Assembly (NCBI RefSeq): GCF_963921235.1
Contig: NC_086097.1
Location: 137,022,001-137,086,000, forward strand
Direction of reading: 5' to 3'
Source: Mobula hypostoma
Taxonomy: Eukaryota
Length of the DNA: 64,000 nucleotides
Both the position numbers and the translations under genes were made by a program. Shown piece by piece: positions 24,122-37,397 of the stretch (position 1 is the first letter of the stretch; every line of letters begins with the position of its first letter). The notes under the pieces are model-generated. The model made no database searches. It was not told where the DNA came from and was given only the letters and a program-made list of their open reading frames with translations.

Positions 24122-27100
24122 CTGTAAGGAGATAAATAGAGGGACATTCACACCGGATAAGCAGCCTCCCTCCAACCCACTCGCTGTTCAGTGGCTGAGG
24201 TAAGTTTCGTCTCTTTCTACTCCCTCTCTCAAACTACACCAGTCTCAGTTCAGACATGTTCAAGTGGCCCTTCAGCCTTGTTACGATCCTCAGGGCAAGA
24301 TCTTGAGTCTCACTGCCCCGTAGATGAGAAACCACATCCTGATATCAGTACTGACCAACCCAGTTCGAATATTAGGGGCATGCCTCAGGAGCTGTACATC
24401 ACTGTACACAGCCTTGCCCCGTCAATTCTCTCAACTCCTTTCACCAACTCGAAATGCACAATTAGATCATTCCATAATCTGCTAATCTGAAAATACAAGT
24501 CTAGTCTACTTATGCAATTTTCTCAGTTTAATACATCCAGCTCCCAGCAGCTCTGTAGTTATAACCCTGATTTATATTACTCATTACAGCGTAGGCCAAC
24601 CAAAGTAGGGTAGTGTCCCAACATGCCAGATCCTGTGGCGAACACAATCAACAGCCATTATATTCACAGTCCTCAGCTCGAGATAAGTGCGATTCAAAAA
24701 TTGTTTAGTATTAGTTATTTCCAGTACACAAGTGTAAAGGAGAATGAAATAATGGTTGCTCCTGATTCAATGCAGCACAAAAAAAGCACAAGGAACATAA
24801 TAATAAAAAAACAATAAATATAAATACATATTTACATATACATAGTTAAATGCATGGCTCAAGGATTGGTATTGGAGAAGTGGGTTTGAATTAATGGGAA
24901 TCTGGCACCAGTACAGGGGAGGGAGGGAGGGAGCTGTTCCATTGGGACTGGCTTCACCTGAACTGTGATGGGACCTGGATTCTGGTGAATCGCATAACTA
25001 GGGTTATGGAGAGGGCTTTAAACTAAGTAGCACGGGGTGGGTTCAACAGATTGGAGAAGTATGAATTAAAAAGTGTGGATAAAGATAAAGTAACAACAAA
25101 AGTTGAAGAGAAAAGTAAGGGTGGAGCACAGAAAAGTTAAGTGCATAACAGACAAAGATTACTAGATTTTAAAAGCATAATGAGTGTAAGGGCACTTTAT
25201 CTGAAAGCCCATAGTATTCATAACAAGGTCAATGAACTTGTGACACAAATCAATATGAAGGGGCATGATCTAGTGGCCATTGCAGAAATGTGGTTGCAGG
25301 GTGGAGGGGATTGGGAATTAAATATCTAAGAATATCAGTTAATATGGAAGGGTAGGCAGGAAGGTAAGGGAGGTAGGGCAGCACTCTTAATTAAAGATGA
25401 GATCAGGGTGACAGTGAGAGATGATACAAAGTCTAAGCAGCAGAATATTGAATCCATCTGGGATGGGATTAGGAATAGTAAATGGAAAAAAAAATCATTG
25501 GTGGAAGTTGTCTATCGTCCACTGAATAATAACATTACAGTGGCACAGGCAATAAACAGAGAAATATCTGAGGCATGTAAGAATGGAACTGCATTTATTG
25601 TGGGGGACTTTAACTTGCACATAGATCGGGTGAATCAAGCTGGTTGAGACAGTCTGAGGTGAACTTCGCAGAATGCATCCATGATGGCTTACTTGAACAG
25701 CATGTTACTGAACCTACAAGGGAACGTGTAATCTTGGATCTGGTCCTGTGCAATGAGACTGGTAAAATTAGTGATCTTGTAGTTAGCGATCCTCTTAGAA
25801 ACCGTGATCACAGTATGACTGAGTTTCTCACACAAATGGAGGGTGCAATAGTTCGGTCTGAAACCAGTGTATTATGCCTAAACAATGAAGACTACAATGG
25901 GATGAGCGAAGAGTTGGACAGGGTAGACTGGAAACACAGGCTAAATGGTGGGATTGTTGAGGAACCTTGGAAGACTTTCAACAAGATTTTTCACGGTGCT
26001 CAACAAAAGTATATTCCAGTTAAAAGCAAGAACAGTAAGGATGGGAAGAGCCAGCCTTGAATAAATAAGGAAATAAAGGAAGGCATCAAACTAGAAGCTC
26101 AAGTAAGCAAAGTCACCAAGAGTAGTGGGAAAATGGAAGATTGGAAGATCTTTAAAAAGCAACAAAGAACCAATAGGTGAGTAATAAAGAAAGGGAAGAT
26201 AGATTATGAAAATAAACTAGCTCAAAATATGAAAATGGATAGTAAAATTTTTTATAATTATATAAAGTGGAAAAGGGTGGCCAAAGTGAACGTAGGTCCC
26301 TTGGAAGACGAGAAGGGGGAATTGATATTGAGTAATAAGTAATTCCTGAGGCTTTGAACAACTATTTTGTGTCAGTCTTCATGGAGGAGGACGCATCTAA
26401 CATGCTGAAGAGAGATGATATGGATACGATGGGAGGTGAGGATCTTGATACAACAGATATCACTAAAGAAGTAGTGTTGAGCAAACTTGTGGGCGTAAAG
26501 ATAGACAAGTCCCCGGGTTCTGATGGAATGTCTCCCAGGGTACTGAAAGAAATGGCAGAAGTTACAGTTGAGGCTTTGGTGGTAATTTACCAAAATTCTC
26601 TGGACTCTGGGCAGTTCCCTGCAGATTGGAAGAAGGTGAAAGTAACACCGCTGTTCAAAAGAGGATGTAGGCAAGAGGCAGGCAACCATAGGCCAGTTAG
26701 TTTAGCATCTGTAGTTGGGAACATGCTTGAAGCTATCATTAAAGAAGAAATAGCAAGGCATCTGGAAAGAAATGATTCATCAGGCAGATATAGTGTGGAT
26801 TCAGCAAAAGCAGGTCCTATTTGACAAACTTACTGGAGTTCTTTGAGGATATAATAAGCGTAGTGGATAAAGGGGAACAGATGAACCTTATTTTCTTGGA
26901 TTTCCAGAAGGCGTTCGATAAGGTGCCACATAAGAGACTTCTCCAGGATGCATAGAGCTGGGGGTGATGTATTAGCATGGATAGAGAATTGGTTAACTAA
27001 TAGAAAGCAGAGAGTTGGGATACATGGGTGTTTCTCTGGTTGGCAATCAGTGGTGAGCGGTGTGCCACAGGGGTCGGTGCTGGGCCCACAACTGTTCACG

Positions 27101-27730
27101 ATATACATTAACCATTTGGAAGAGGGAACCAAGCATTGTGTGTCTAAGTTTGCTGATGATATTAAATCGAGTGGAAAAGTAAATTGTGCAGAGGATATGG
27201 AGTGTCTGCAAAGAGATATCGATAGGTTAAGTGAGTGGGCAAGGATCTGGCAGATGGAGTACAATGTTGGTAAATGAGAGGTCTTCCACTTTGGAAGGAA
27301 AAATGGAAGAGCAGATTATTATTTAAATAGTAAAAAATTGCAGCACGCTGCTGTGCAGAGGGACTGGGAAGTGCGTGTGCTTGAATCACAAAAGGTTGGT
27401 TTTCAGGTGCAGCAGGTTATCAAGAGGGCAAATGGAATGTTGGCCTTCATTGCTGGAAGGATTGAATTTAAGAGCAGGGAGGTTATGCTGCAACTGTACA
27501 GGGTACTGGTGAGGCCACATCTGGAGTACTGTGTGCAGTTCTGGTCTCCTTACTTGAGGAAGGATATACTGGTGTTGGAGGCGGTGCAGAGGAGGTTCAC
27601 TAGGTTGATTCTTCCAGGGATGAGGTGAAGGGGTTAGACGATGAGGAGCAATTCAGTTGCCTGGGACTGTACTCGCTGGAATTCAGAAGGATAAGAGGAT
27701 ATCTTACAGAAACAGATAAAATTATGAAAA

Positions 27731-28890
27731 TGTAACCCAGGTTAATTAATCCAAAGATGTAATGTTAAAAAGCTTCACCTGCGAAGGGATGAAAACGAGC
27801 CTTACTGATTTATTTTTAAGAAGAGAATTTGAAAAAAAACACACCATGCAAGAGCGGAGTGTGGCTGACACAGACACGGACAAGGAGAAAACTGCAGCAA
27901 CGATCAGAAGCTAAAGACATGAACTGTTAAGAGCAGAATTAGTAGTGAGTATCTTTACCCTTCTAACTTGAAAATGTCAGTGAAATCCCTGGAGGAGAGA
28001 CAATAGTGATAAAAGAATTATTGAAGCTACGGCTATAACACGCAGCAGCTGTAATGAGACAACATCGGCAGAGACGAGTGTCAAAGTCCTTACCCTGTAG
28101 TCAGGTGTGAGTTCAGTAAAATCATACCAAGGGATTTAGTCAAGTTTTTGTACAAGTTTGTGAACTGACTTTCGATGGATGATCAACTATTTTATGCAAG
28201 CCACCCAAGATGAGGAACCAGCGTGGGAACAAAATGTGTAATGATGCAGAAGATTTAATCCAAATTTGATTTTCTGCAGGAACTGATTATTTTTCCAAAG
28301 ACTTTGATAAGTCACTGAATGAAATTTACTTGGCTTTAAAGTTGTGATGTTGGGGAATTGTCGTGAAAGGAGTTAAACTGTGTATATATAATTTTTGAAT
28401 TTGAATTTAAACTTGTAGGTATACTGCCTGGAACTGAAACTAAAGTTAACTATAATACTTAAGAATAGGAATTATATTTGGGTTTCTAACTAACTCAGGA
28501 TAAGTAAAAAGGAAAGTTTAGTCTGTAAACTTTTAAATAGCGAATAGCACTAGATCTAATTAGTTAGAGAGATTAGAGTAGTAAAGGAATCTCACAGATT
28601 CTAATTAAAAAGGAATTTGCTTTGGTTTGATATCTAAGATTTGGAACCTAAATAGAATTTTGGAATTTTAAACTGTCCTTGCTCATGTAAATATTTTGTA
28701 CAAATTTTTTTTTTCCTTATAATCAAAACTTATCTCCAGAAGTATGTGGTTTCTAATCACTGCCTCCTTCCGATACCTAGAATCTTCTGATGGCGTACTA
28801 GCATCCAGTGTAGTACTCTCTAGTTTGATTTTCTCAAAGAGTGTGGTAACTAGTCACACACGATAAGATCAGTGCTGCACAGGTGTTACA
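27731..28890. mobile_element. Probable solo LTR (1160 bp)
   Basis: Begins TGTAAC and ends GTTACA (TG...CA, 6-bp inverted termini). Non-coding and AT-rich; splits CR1 ORF2 (attatgaaaa | aaggggatagataag). TSD not clean. Confidence 0.7.
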
Positions 28891-29160
28891 AAGGGGATAG
28901 ATAAGATAGAGGCAGGAAAGTTGTTTCCACTGGTAGGTGAGACTAGAACTATGGGACATAGCCTCAAAACTCAGGGGAGTCAATTTAGGACTAAGATGAG
29001 GAGGAACTGACTTACCCGAAGAGTGGTGAATCTGTCCCAATGAAGCAGTGGAGGGTACCTCAGTAAATATATTAAAGACAAGGTTGGATAGATTTTTACA
29101 TAGTAGGGGAATTGAGGGTTATGGAGAAAAGGCAAGTAGGTGGAGATGAGTCCATGGCCA

Positions 29161-29930
29161 GGAGGAGGAGCTTAGGAGAAACAATGGCACCCAACGATGA
29201 CTCTCTTGCTTACATCTTCGGAAACAGCTCTATTTCTATCTTTTATATCTCTATTTTTCCCTTTCAGGGTTCATTTGAAGACCCTGACCTGGAGTTACAT
29301 GCTGACTTTGGTTCCTTGCGGAAATGGGACCCGCTCTCGGGGTCTCACGACTGGCCATTATTCGATATACCAAGGACGCGGCCTAAAAGATTAGCTCGCC
29401 TTCAGTTTTGGGATTTCATGGCTCTGGAGGTGGGCCGCTGCAGGAAATCGGCATGTTGGGGGAGACAGAAGATCTTTGCCAACGTGCCCAGAGATCAGCG
29501 ACGCAATGAACTTTTAACATGGTAATTCAGCGAGTTGTTTGTTATGTCTCCCCTCTTACTGTGAAACGAAGACACCTCTTTTTCCCTTATTAGGGAGAGA
29601 GAGAGCCTGTGGCATGTTGAATACTGGGTGAACGAGTAGTCTTTGGGGTACTGCACGTCTGTGTCTTTGCTGATGCTTTGCTGCACGCTTGAGTGCTCGG
29701 CGGTGGGTGCTGATGCTTTTTTTTTGCTGGTGGGGGAGGGGGGACTGTTACTTTGCTGCTGCTTACGTGTGGGTGGGGAGAGCTTGGGGAGCTTTGAGGT
29801 TCTAACATTTAACTGTCATTCAATCTTTGGGGCACTCCTCTGTTTTCGTGGATGGTTGCGAAGAAAATGCATTTCAGGATGTATATTGTGTACATTTCTC
29901 TGACATTAAGTGTACCTTTGAAACCTTTGA
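29161..29930 (+). mobile_element. Non-autonomous retroposon (SINE-like) inserted in the CR1 3' end
   Basis: Splits the CR1 motif tccatggcca|gatcagccatg. Starts GGAGGAGGAG and ends in a repeated (acctttgaa) tail. Confidence 0.65.
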
Positions 29931-30012
29931 GATCAGCCATGATCATATTCAATAGTGGACCAGGCTTGACAGGCCAGATAGCCTACTCCTACTCCTATTT
30001 CTCATGTTCATA

Positions 30013-33000
30013 TAAGATATATTATAAACATAGATTGATTGCATGTCAGTAAGTGACGCCAGGCAGAGGAATGTCTGTATGTAAAGTGACTGACAGGAAA
30101 TGATAAAGTAGTGGTGGCCGGGGGTGTGGAGAGGTGGGTTAGTGCAGGGGTCCCCAACCCTTTTTTGCACCGCAGACCGGTTTAATATTGACAATATTCT
30201 TGTGGTCCATCCAGCCGGGGCGGGGGTGGGAGTGTTTAAGTAGGGTTAAACTCACCTCAACATGTCTTTTACAGTTAGGGTTGCCAACTTTCTCACTCCC
30301 AAATAAGGGACAAAAGTAGCAGTCAAATCCCGGGACAGTGTTTACCCCGAGAAAGACTACCATGACCATGAAGCCTTGCGCAGGCACCTGTGTGCGCATG
30401 CGCATACGTGCCAATTTTTTTCCACGAATCGGTTTTGACTTAATCTTCCCGACTACACTGTACATACATTATTTCTACTTTATATAGGCTGTGTATTTAT
30501 CATATCATTAATACACTTACTATATGTTAGTGTTATTTTCGGTTTTATGTGTTATTTGGTATGATTTGGTAGGTTATTTTTTGGATCTGGGAACGCTCAA
30601 AATTTTTTCCCATATAAATTAATGGTAATTGCTTCTTCGCTTTACACCATTTCGGCATGAAAGGTTTCATAGGAACGCTCTACCTTAGTGGGGGGAATAC
30701 GGGACAAGGGCGGTCCCGTATAGGACAAAACAACTTAGCCCAATATACGGGATGTCCCGGCAAATACGGGACAGTTGGCAACCCTATGTTCAAGTTCAAC
30801 AGTGCGTGACAGGGAATGAGGAAAGGTGCAGCTGACTCACATCGTTTCCTCGCGGCCCAGTAGCACATGCTTTGCAGCCAGGTGGTTGGGGACCGCTGGG
30901 TTAGTGGGTGGTGGTGTTGATCAGTCTTACTGCTTGGGGAAGGTAACTGTTTTTGAATCTGGTTGTCCTGGTGTGGATGCTACATAGTCTTCTCTCTGAC
31001 AGTCCATGAGCAGGGTGGGTGGATCCTTCATGATGTTACTGGCACCTTTCCGTCTATACGCTCTCGATGGTGGGTAGGCTGGTGCCAGTGATGCGTCGGG
31101 CAGTTCTGGCCACCCATTCCTGTTCTCTGCAGTGCAATTTCTGTACCGTGCAGAGACGCAGCTCGTTAAGCTGTCCTCTACTGCCCATCTGTAGAGTGAA
31201 GTGAGTATGGATGTGCAAAGTCCAGCTCTCTTCAGCCTTCTCTGAAAGTAAAGGCATTGGTGAGCTTTCTTGAATGCATATGATGCGTTCTGGAACCATG
31301 AGAGGTTGTGTGAGATCAGTTCCTTTATCTTGCTGACATTATTTGCCTGGCACCAGGCACTGAGCTCTTGCATCTCCACCCTGCTGGCCAGCTCATCGTT
31401 CTTGGTGATGAGCCCCACCATCACCGTGTCATCGACGATGTGATTGCTCGGGTGTTTGGTCATGCAAATACGTGTGAGCAGAGTGTACAGCAGTGGGCTC
31501 AGCACACATCCCTGAGGGGGCACCCGTGTTCAGGATGATGGAGAGGAAGGAGCGGTTATGCATCCTGAGGCCTGTTCGTTAGGAAGTCCAACACCCAGTT
31601 GCACAGTGGTGTATTGAGACCGAGGAGTAGGAGTTTGATCACCAAGGTCTGTGGGACAACAGTGTTGAATGCCAAACTGAAATCCAGAAACAGCATTAGC
31701 ATTCCGACAGAAATGTCCTTCTTTTCGAGGTGTGTCAGGACCAGGAGCAAGACAGATGCTATAACATCTGTCAGAGAGTGGTTCTCTCGGTAAGCACTTT
31801 GGTGAGTGTCCAGTGTGGCAACAGGGCAGCTTTTGGTATGTGCCATTATCAACCATTCAAAACATTTCGTGCTGGTTGGCATCAGTGCCACTGGGCAGGA
31901 GTCATTTAGTTCCGAAGGTGTAGAGTTCTTTGGTACAGGGATGATGGCGGCTGACTTGCAGCATGCGGGGACAGCAGCCTGGATGAGGGAAGTGTTGAAG
32001 ATGTCTGTGAAGATGTCAGTGAGCTGGTATGCACTCTCCACGAGTACTCAGGCACCTTATGGGAGATGACTTTCTGCAGAGTCCTTCCCACGCCTGCTGC
32101 TGTTACAGACAGTGGCTGCTCACCTGGGAGAGGAGTGATTTTTGTGGCAGACGTCGGGCTGCAACCCTCGAAGCGAGCGTAAAAGTCGTTTAGAGTGTCA
32201 GGGAGGGAGGTGTCACTGGCACAGTCGATGATGTTTATCCTTGCACAGTCAGTAAAGGCCCTTAATACCCAGTCGCATACACTGGAAATCGTTATTGGAC
32301 AGGTGTTCCTGAATTTTGAGGGTTCGGAGGTCTCAACCCTATCGATGCCCAAGATGAGGTTTCTCTTGCCTGTCCTGAGAGCTGCTCAGTCACCAGTCTT
32401 GAAGGCACCATCCTGGGCTTTTCGTAGGGAGCGCACCTCCATGTTCAGCTGTGGCTTCTGATTGGGCTGTGAGATGGCTGTTCTTGAAGTACTATTGACA
32501 TGCGCACACCTACTGATGCAGCTGGTGACAGCTGAGGCATAATCCTCGCGACCTCTCTCTTCTCTGGTTGTGACAGCCTCCTTGAACATCTGCCAGTTAG
32601 TACATTTAGAACAATCCGGAAATATAGAGCCCTGTATAAGTCCATTCTAAACCGTCCTCTGGATAGTCCTCTTCACTGGTTTCTCCATTTTCTGCAGCAG
32701 TCGGCATGCTGGTGTAAACTTTGTGGAGGTGTTGCCAGGGAAGTCAAGATGAGGTCAGGGGATGGCTTTGTAAGTACTGTGTCTGCTTGTATAGACATAA
32801 TCCAGTTTGTTTGTCCCCCTAGTGGCCATGGTGATGTGTTGGTAGAATTTGGGTAAAATATCCTGCAAGTTCTATGATCCAGGATTCCTGTAATTATGAA
32901 GAGACCGTCCGGATGCTTGTCTTGTAGAGGGCTGACGATACTGTAAAGCTTTCCCAGTGCGTCCTTCATGTTCGTGCTCTGGGGTGGGGGATGTTCACAC

Positions 33001-33520
33001 CAGTGATGAATGAAACAGTAAACTCCCCGAGCTGGTAATGTTTCTGGCATTTAATTATAAGATGTTCAATTGCCCCAGAACAGTGACTGCTATCTACACG
33101 TGAGTTTGTGCTTTGTCAATGTACACACAGATTCCACCTCCTCTGGATTTCCTCAACAGTGAGTCCATTAGTGTCATCCCGTCGAGTCAAAATGCCAAGT
33201 CGGTCAAGTTGTTGTTTAGTCATGTTTCAGTAAAAGCTAGAATGTAGCAGTTTCTCATCTCTTTCTGTGCAATCATTCACAGTCTCAGTGAGTCCATTTT
33301 AATTTCTAGCGAGCGGACATTGGCCAGGAAAAGTGATGGTTCTGCTGGTATGGTTGGATTAGCTCTCAGCCGAGCTGGTGCCCTCACTCATCTGCTGCAT
33401 TTCTATGTCCTCTCACACTGCCTTTGTTACAAGTTATTACAGATTTCTCTCTGGTGCCTGAAAACCATCTAGGATGCAGGAGAAGAAACATTTCCTAAGT
33501 GATCTGCAGTGATGTGCCAG
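30013..33520 (-). mobile_element. Decayed Rex1/Babar-like LINE (endonuclease plus RT), interrupted by a hAT element
   Basis: Fragments LANVRSL, AFTET*L, RGGGICVY, LNDFYARFE, IIPVPK, DFSLAFNTVVP, WVLDFLTNRPQ, PQGCVLSPLLYTL, KKAHQCLYF. Boundaries approximate. Confidence 0.8.
30145..30898. mobile_element. Non-autonomous hAT (Charlie/Buster-type) element
   Basis: TIRs CAGGGGTCCCCAACC / GGTTGGGGACCGCTG; perfect 8-bp TSD GGTTAGTG (nnnTAnnn). Confidence 0.92.
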
Positions 33521-33789
33521 AGCTACTAGTATTTGATGGAAGGTAAATTGGACAAGATTTTCATTACATATGGTATAGAGTTGGGATTGGATGATGAGTT
33601 GGCGAAATCACCTGCATTTCTACTCCAAGTTTCAGCCCTACAGAAATGCCCCCTGACAACTATAAAGCGAGATGTCTACTTTCTGAAACGTATACACCAT
33701 CGGCATTGGTAGCTGGTTTATTATCGTCCTGTGTACTGAGATACGGTGAAAAGCCTTTGTTTTGCATGCAATCTAGCCAGATCACACTA

Positions 33790-35100
33790 TACAAAATGCT
33801 GGAGGAACTCAGCAGGCCAGGCAGCATCTATGGAAAAAAAGTACAGTTGACGTTTTGGGCTGAAACCCTTCGGCAGGACTGGAAGGAAAAGCAGAGGAGT
33901 AGATTTGAAAGGTGGGGGAGGGGAGAGACAGACACCAGGTGATAGGTGAAACCTGGAGGAGGAGGGATGAAGTAAAGAGCATAGAAGCTGATTGGTGAAA
34001 GAGACAAAAGCCCATAGAAGAAAGAAGAAAGGGTGGGGTAAGCACCAGAGGGAGACGATAGGTGGGCAAGGAGATAACATGAGAGAGGGACAAGGGGATG
34101 GGAAATGGTAAAGGGGGGTGGGGGGAGGCATTACATGCCATCAGGTTGGAGGCTACCCAAACGGAATACAAGGTGTTGTTCCTCTGACCTATGTGTGGCC
34201 TCATCACGACAGTGGAGGAGGCCATGGAGGGACATATCAAAATGGGAATGGGAAGCAGAATTAAAATGGGTGGCCATTGGGAGATCCCGCCTGTTCTGGC
34301 AGACAGAGCGTAGATGCTCGGCAGAGCGGTCTCTCAATCTATGTCGGGTCTCACCGATATACAAGAGGCCACACCGGGAGCACTGAACACAGTAGAAGAC
34401 CCCAACAGACTCACAGATGAAGTGTCGCCTCACCTGAAAGGACTGTTTGGGGCCCTGAATGGTAGTGAGGGAGGAGGTGTAGAAACAGGTGAAGCACTTG
34501 TTCTGCTTGCAAGGATAAGTGTCAGGAGGGAGATCAGATCAGTGGGGAGGGATTAATGGACAAGGGAGTCGCGTAGGGCGAAATCCCTGTGCAAAGCAGA
34601 AAGTGGGGGGAGGGGAAGATGTGTTTGGTGGTGGGATCCAGTTGAGGGGGCGGAAATTTCGGAGAATTATGTATTGGACACGGAGGCTGGTGGGGTGGTA
34701 GGTGAGGACAAAAGGAACCTTATCCCTGGTAGGGTGGAGGGAGGATGGGGTAAGATCAGACGTGTGTGAAGTGGAGGAGATGCGGTTGGGGACAGCGTTG
34801 ATGGTAGAGGAAGGGAAGCCCCTTTCTTTGAAAAAGGAGGACTTCTCCTTCGTTCTAAAATGAAAAGCCTCATCCTGAGAGTGGCTGCAATGGAGACGGA
34901 GGAATTGAGAGAAGGGGATGGTGTTTTTACAAGTAGCAGGGTGGGACGACGTATAGTTCAGGTAGCTGTGAGAGTCCGTTGATTTATAATAGACATCAGT
35001 GACAAGCTGTTTCTGGAGATCGAGACAGTGAGATTGAGAAAGGGAAGGGAAGCGTTGGAAATGGACTAGGTGAATTTGAGGGCCGGGTGGAAGCTGGAGG
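33790..35100 (-). mobile_element. Penelope-like element 3' part (RT C-terminus, GIY-YIG endonuclease, terminal repeat)
   Basis: Peptides TDVYYKSTDSHSYLNYTSSHP..CKNTIPFSQFLRL and GVFYCVQCSRCGLLYIGETRHRLRDRSAEH...HFN...LGSLQPDGM. Confidence 0.88.
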
Positions 35101-35554
35101 CTTCTTTTGTTTGTGGTTTGTTTACGACTGTGCACTCTTGTCTGTGATTTCATGCTATACATCTTGCATTAAGGTAGTAAAATGTCAGTCTTCTGTATGT
35201 TCTTCTATCTGACAGGAGAGGGGAGAAGGGAGAACGCCCAGGGCTGGAGGCATCCTAGACTATGCTGGCGGCTTTCCTGAGGCAGCTGGAAATGAAGATG
35301 GAGTCCATGTAGTGATGACTGGTTTGTGAGATGGACTGGGCTGCGTTCACAATTCTCTGCAATTATTTTCAGACTTGGGCAGAGCGGCAGCAATACCGCA
35401 CTGTGATGCATCGGACAGGCTGCTTTCTAGAATGCACCTGGAATAATGGGCGAGGGTCACTGGGGACGTCCTTCGCTTTCTGAGCATGTAGAAGTGTTAC
35501 TGTGCTTTCTCGGCCTTAGCATCCAGGAGGCTGGACCAGGTTATATTTTTGGTG

Positions 35555-35700
35555 ACTGGGGAAACCTATCAGCTAACTTATGCACAGCAAGCTCCCACAA
35601 GTAGCAACATGATACTGACCAGATTATCAAACTTGACAATATTGCTCCAAAGGGTAAGTGTAGCCAGGACACCATTGGGAAGTTCCTTGCACCTCTTCCA
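35555..35700 (-). mobile_element. Deu-domain SINE remnant (AmnSINE1/SacSINE1-like); similar remnants at about 14665-14880 and 45216-45350
   Basis: cagctaacttatgcacagcaagctcccacaagtagcaacatgatactgaccagattatc...gccaggacacc resembles the reverse Deu-domain consensus as I recall it. Confidence 0.55.
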
Positions 35701-37397
35701 CTAGACAGTAAAGTACTCCTGCAATGGTACACATGGTGTGTGGCCAAGTGATCTGAAGGTTGTGGGTTCAAGTCTCGGCCAAGGCACTTAACCACACACT
35801 GCTCCAGTCTACCCAGCTGAAAATGGGTTTAACCTCGCAATAGACTGGCATCCTATCCAGGGGAAAGTCTTGTACTCTCAGTCGCTTCACCGGCCTGATG
35901 GGCCACAAGGCTCGGGACAAATTTTAACCCTGGTACACAGGGACTGTCAGCCCCAACTATGCATTAAAGTGACTACAGTGGGATTCGAGCCGAGATTCAG
36001 TGCCAAGATCATATTACCTTGTTATGTTCAGAATAGTGCCTCAGTCATGTCAGGTACACTGCCAACTGCCTCTACATCTAATAATAAAGCAAGCTTGAAA
36101 ATAGCTTACTTTAAGGAAAAAGCCAATTGGAAGCAGTAAAGAGACAATTCCCGGTGACGTTGACAGCAATTCCATTTGCCAATGGCACTGGCTCTGGCTC
36201 CCAGTTGCAAACCAGCATCATGCTTTGTAAGGCTACCATGCAATTTAGGTTTACACTGGTTAAATGGAAAACATTCCAGTTAGCTGCATTTATCTAGTTA
36301 ATCCATTTAACTTGTTTAGAGGGCACGCGCTATAAGGAGAAGACGGACAAACCTGAATAGGTTTCTGTGGAGGGGAAACCTGACAGAGGTTCATAAAATG
36401 ATGAGAGGCAGGGTTAGGGTAGAAAGTCAGAATCTTTCTCTCGGGATGGAAACGTCAAAGATACAAGAACATGTATTGAAGATGAGGGGGGAATACTTTA
36501 AGGAGATATACAGGGCAAGTTTTTTTTTAAACAGAGAGAGGTGGGTGGCTGTCAGGGGAGGTGATAGAACCAGACGCAAAGGTGGCCTCTCAGACACTTT
36601 TAGACAGACACGGGAATGTGGAGGGGATGGAGGCATATGAATCGGAAGCAGGCAGAAGAGATCTAGTTTAATTTAGTGCTATGCTTGGCACGGACATAAT
36701 GGCCCAATTCATGTGCTGTACTGTTCTATGTATAGTGTTCAATCATGAATTTATCCTTTAAAATGTCTGTACAAGCTAATCAGTCAGAGGGAGGAGAAGG
36801 CAATTCAGCCCTTTTCAAATGTGATGGTAGCCTCAGCTCCATATTCCTACCCACCTTCAATCCATTGCGTATCAAGATGCAATCTAGTTTTGCCATTGAA
36901 GTATTCAAACACTCTGCTTCCACAGCCATTTGAGAGAAAAAAATTCCAAAGACCCACAAACCTTGCCTAATCTCAGTCTAAATTTATTCAGTGAGCCTGG
37001 TTCTAGATCCTCCCACAAAACTAAATCTGCTCTCCATATCCACAATGATCTTACAGCTGTCAGGTTTATAGACTAACATCAATGAACTTGACCTTAAACC
37101 AAATCTGGGACTGCCATGTAGTCTAATTTTGTGAACAATGAATAATCTTCTGTCCAATGCTACAAAGCATTATTGATGAATTACTGTGTGAGTTGTTTCA
37201 GACTTTTATAGGAATAGGCTCTGCCAAAACCTTTGTCTCCAGTAAGACCCTTCTTTCCCCTGGCTGACCTTTATTACAAAAAAAAAGTTTTCAGCACTGT
37301 TCCTGCATTCCATGCATAATCATAACTGTTTCTCAATCTCAAATATTTAAAGTTGCAAATGTCAGAGTTGATATTTAAGTATGTTACCGACTTGCCT

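Larger units (their letters stand above)
24850..30012 (+). mobile_element. Older, decayed CR1 of a different subfamily, interrupted by two insertions (27731-28890 and 29161-29930)
   Basis: ORF1 end (LHLN...ALN*), fragmented APE (YRPL, GDFN, LDLVL) and RT (KSPGSDG, GVPQGSVLGP, KFADD, RPHLEYC). CR1 sequence resumes collinearly after each insertion. Confidence 0.9.
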
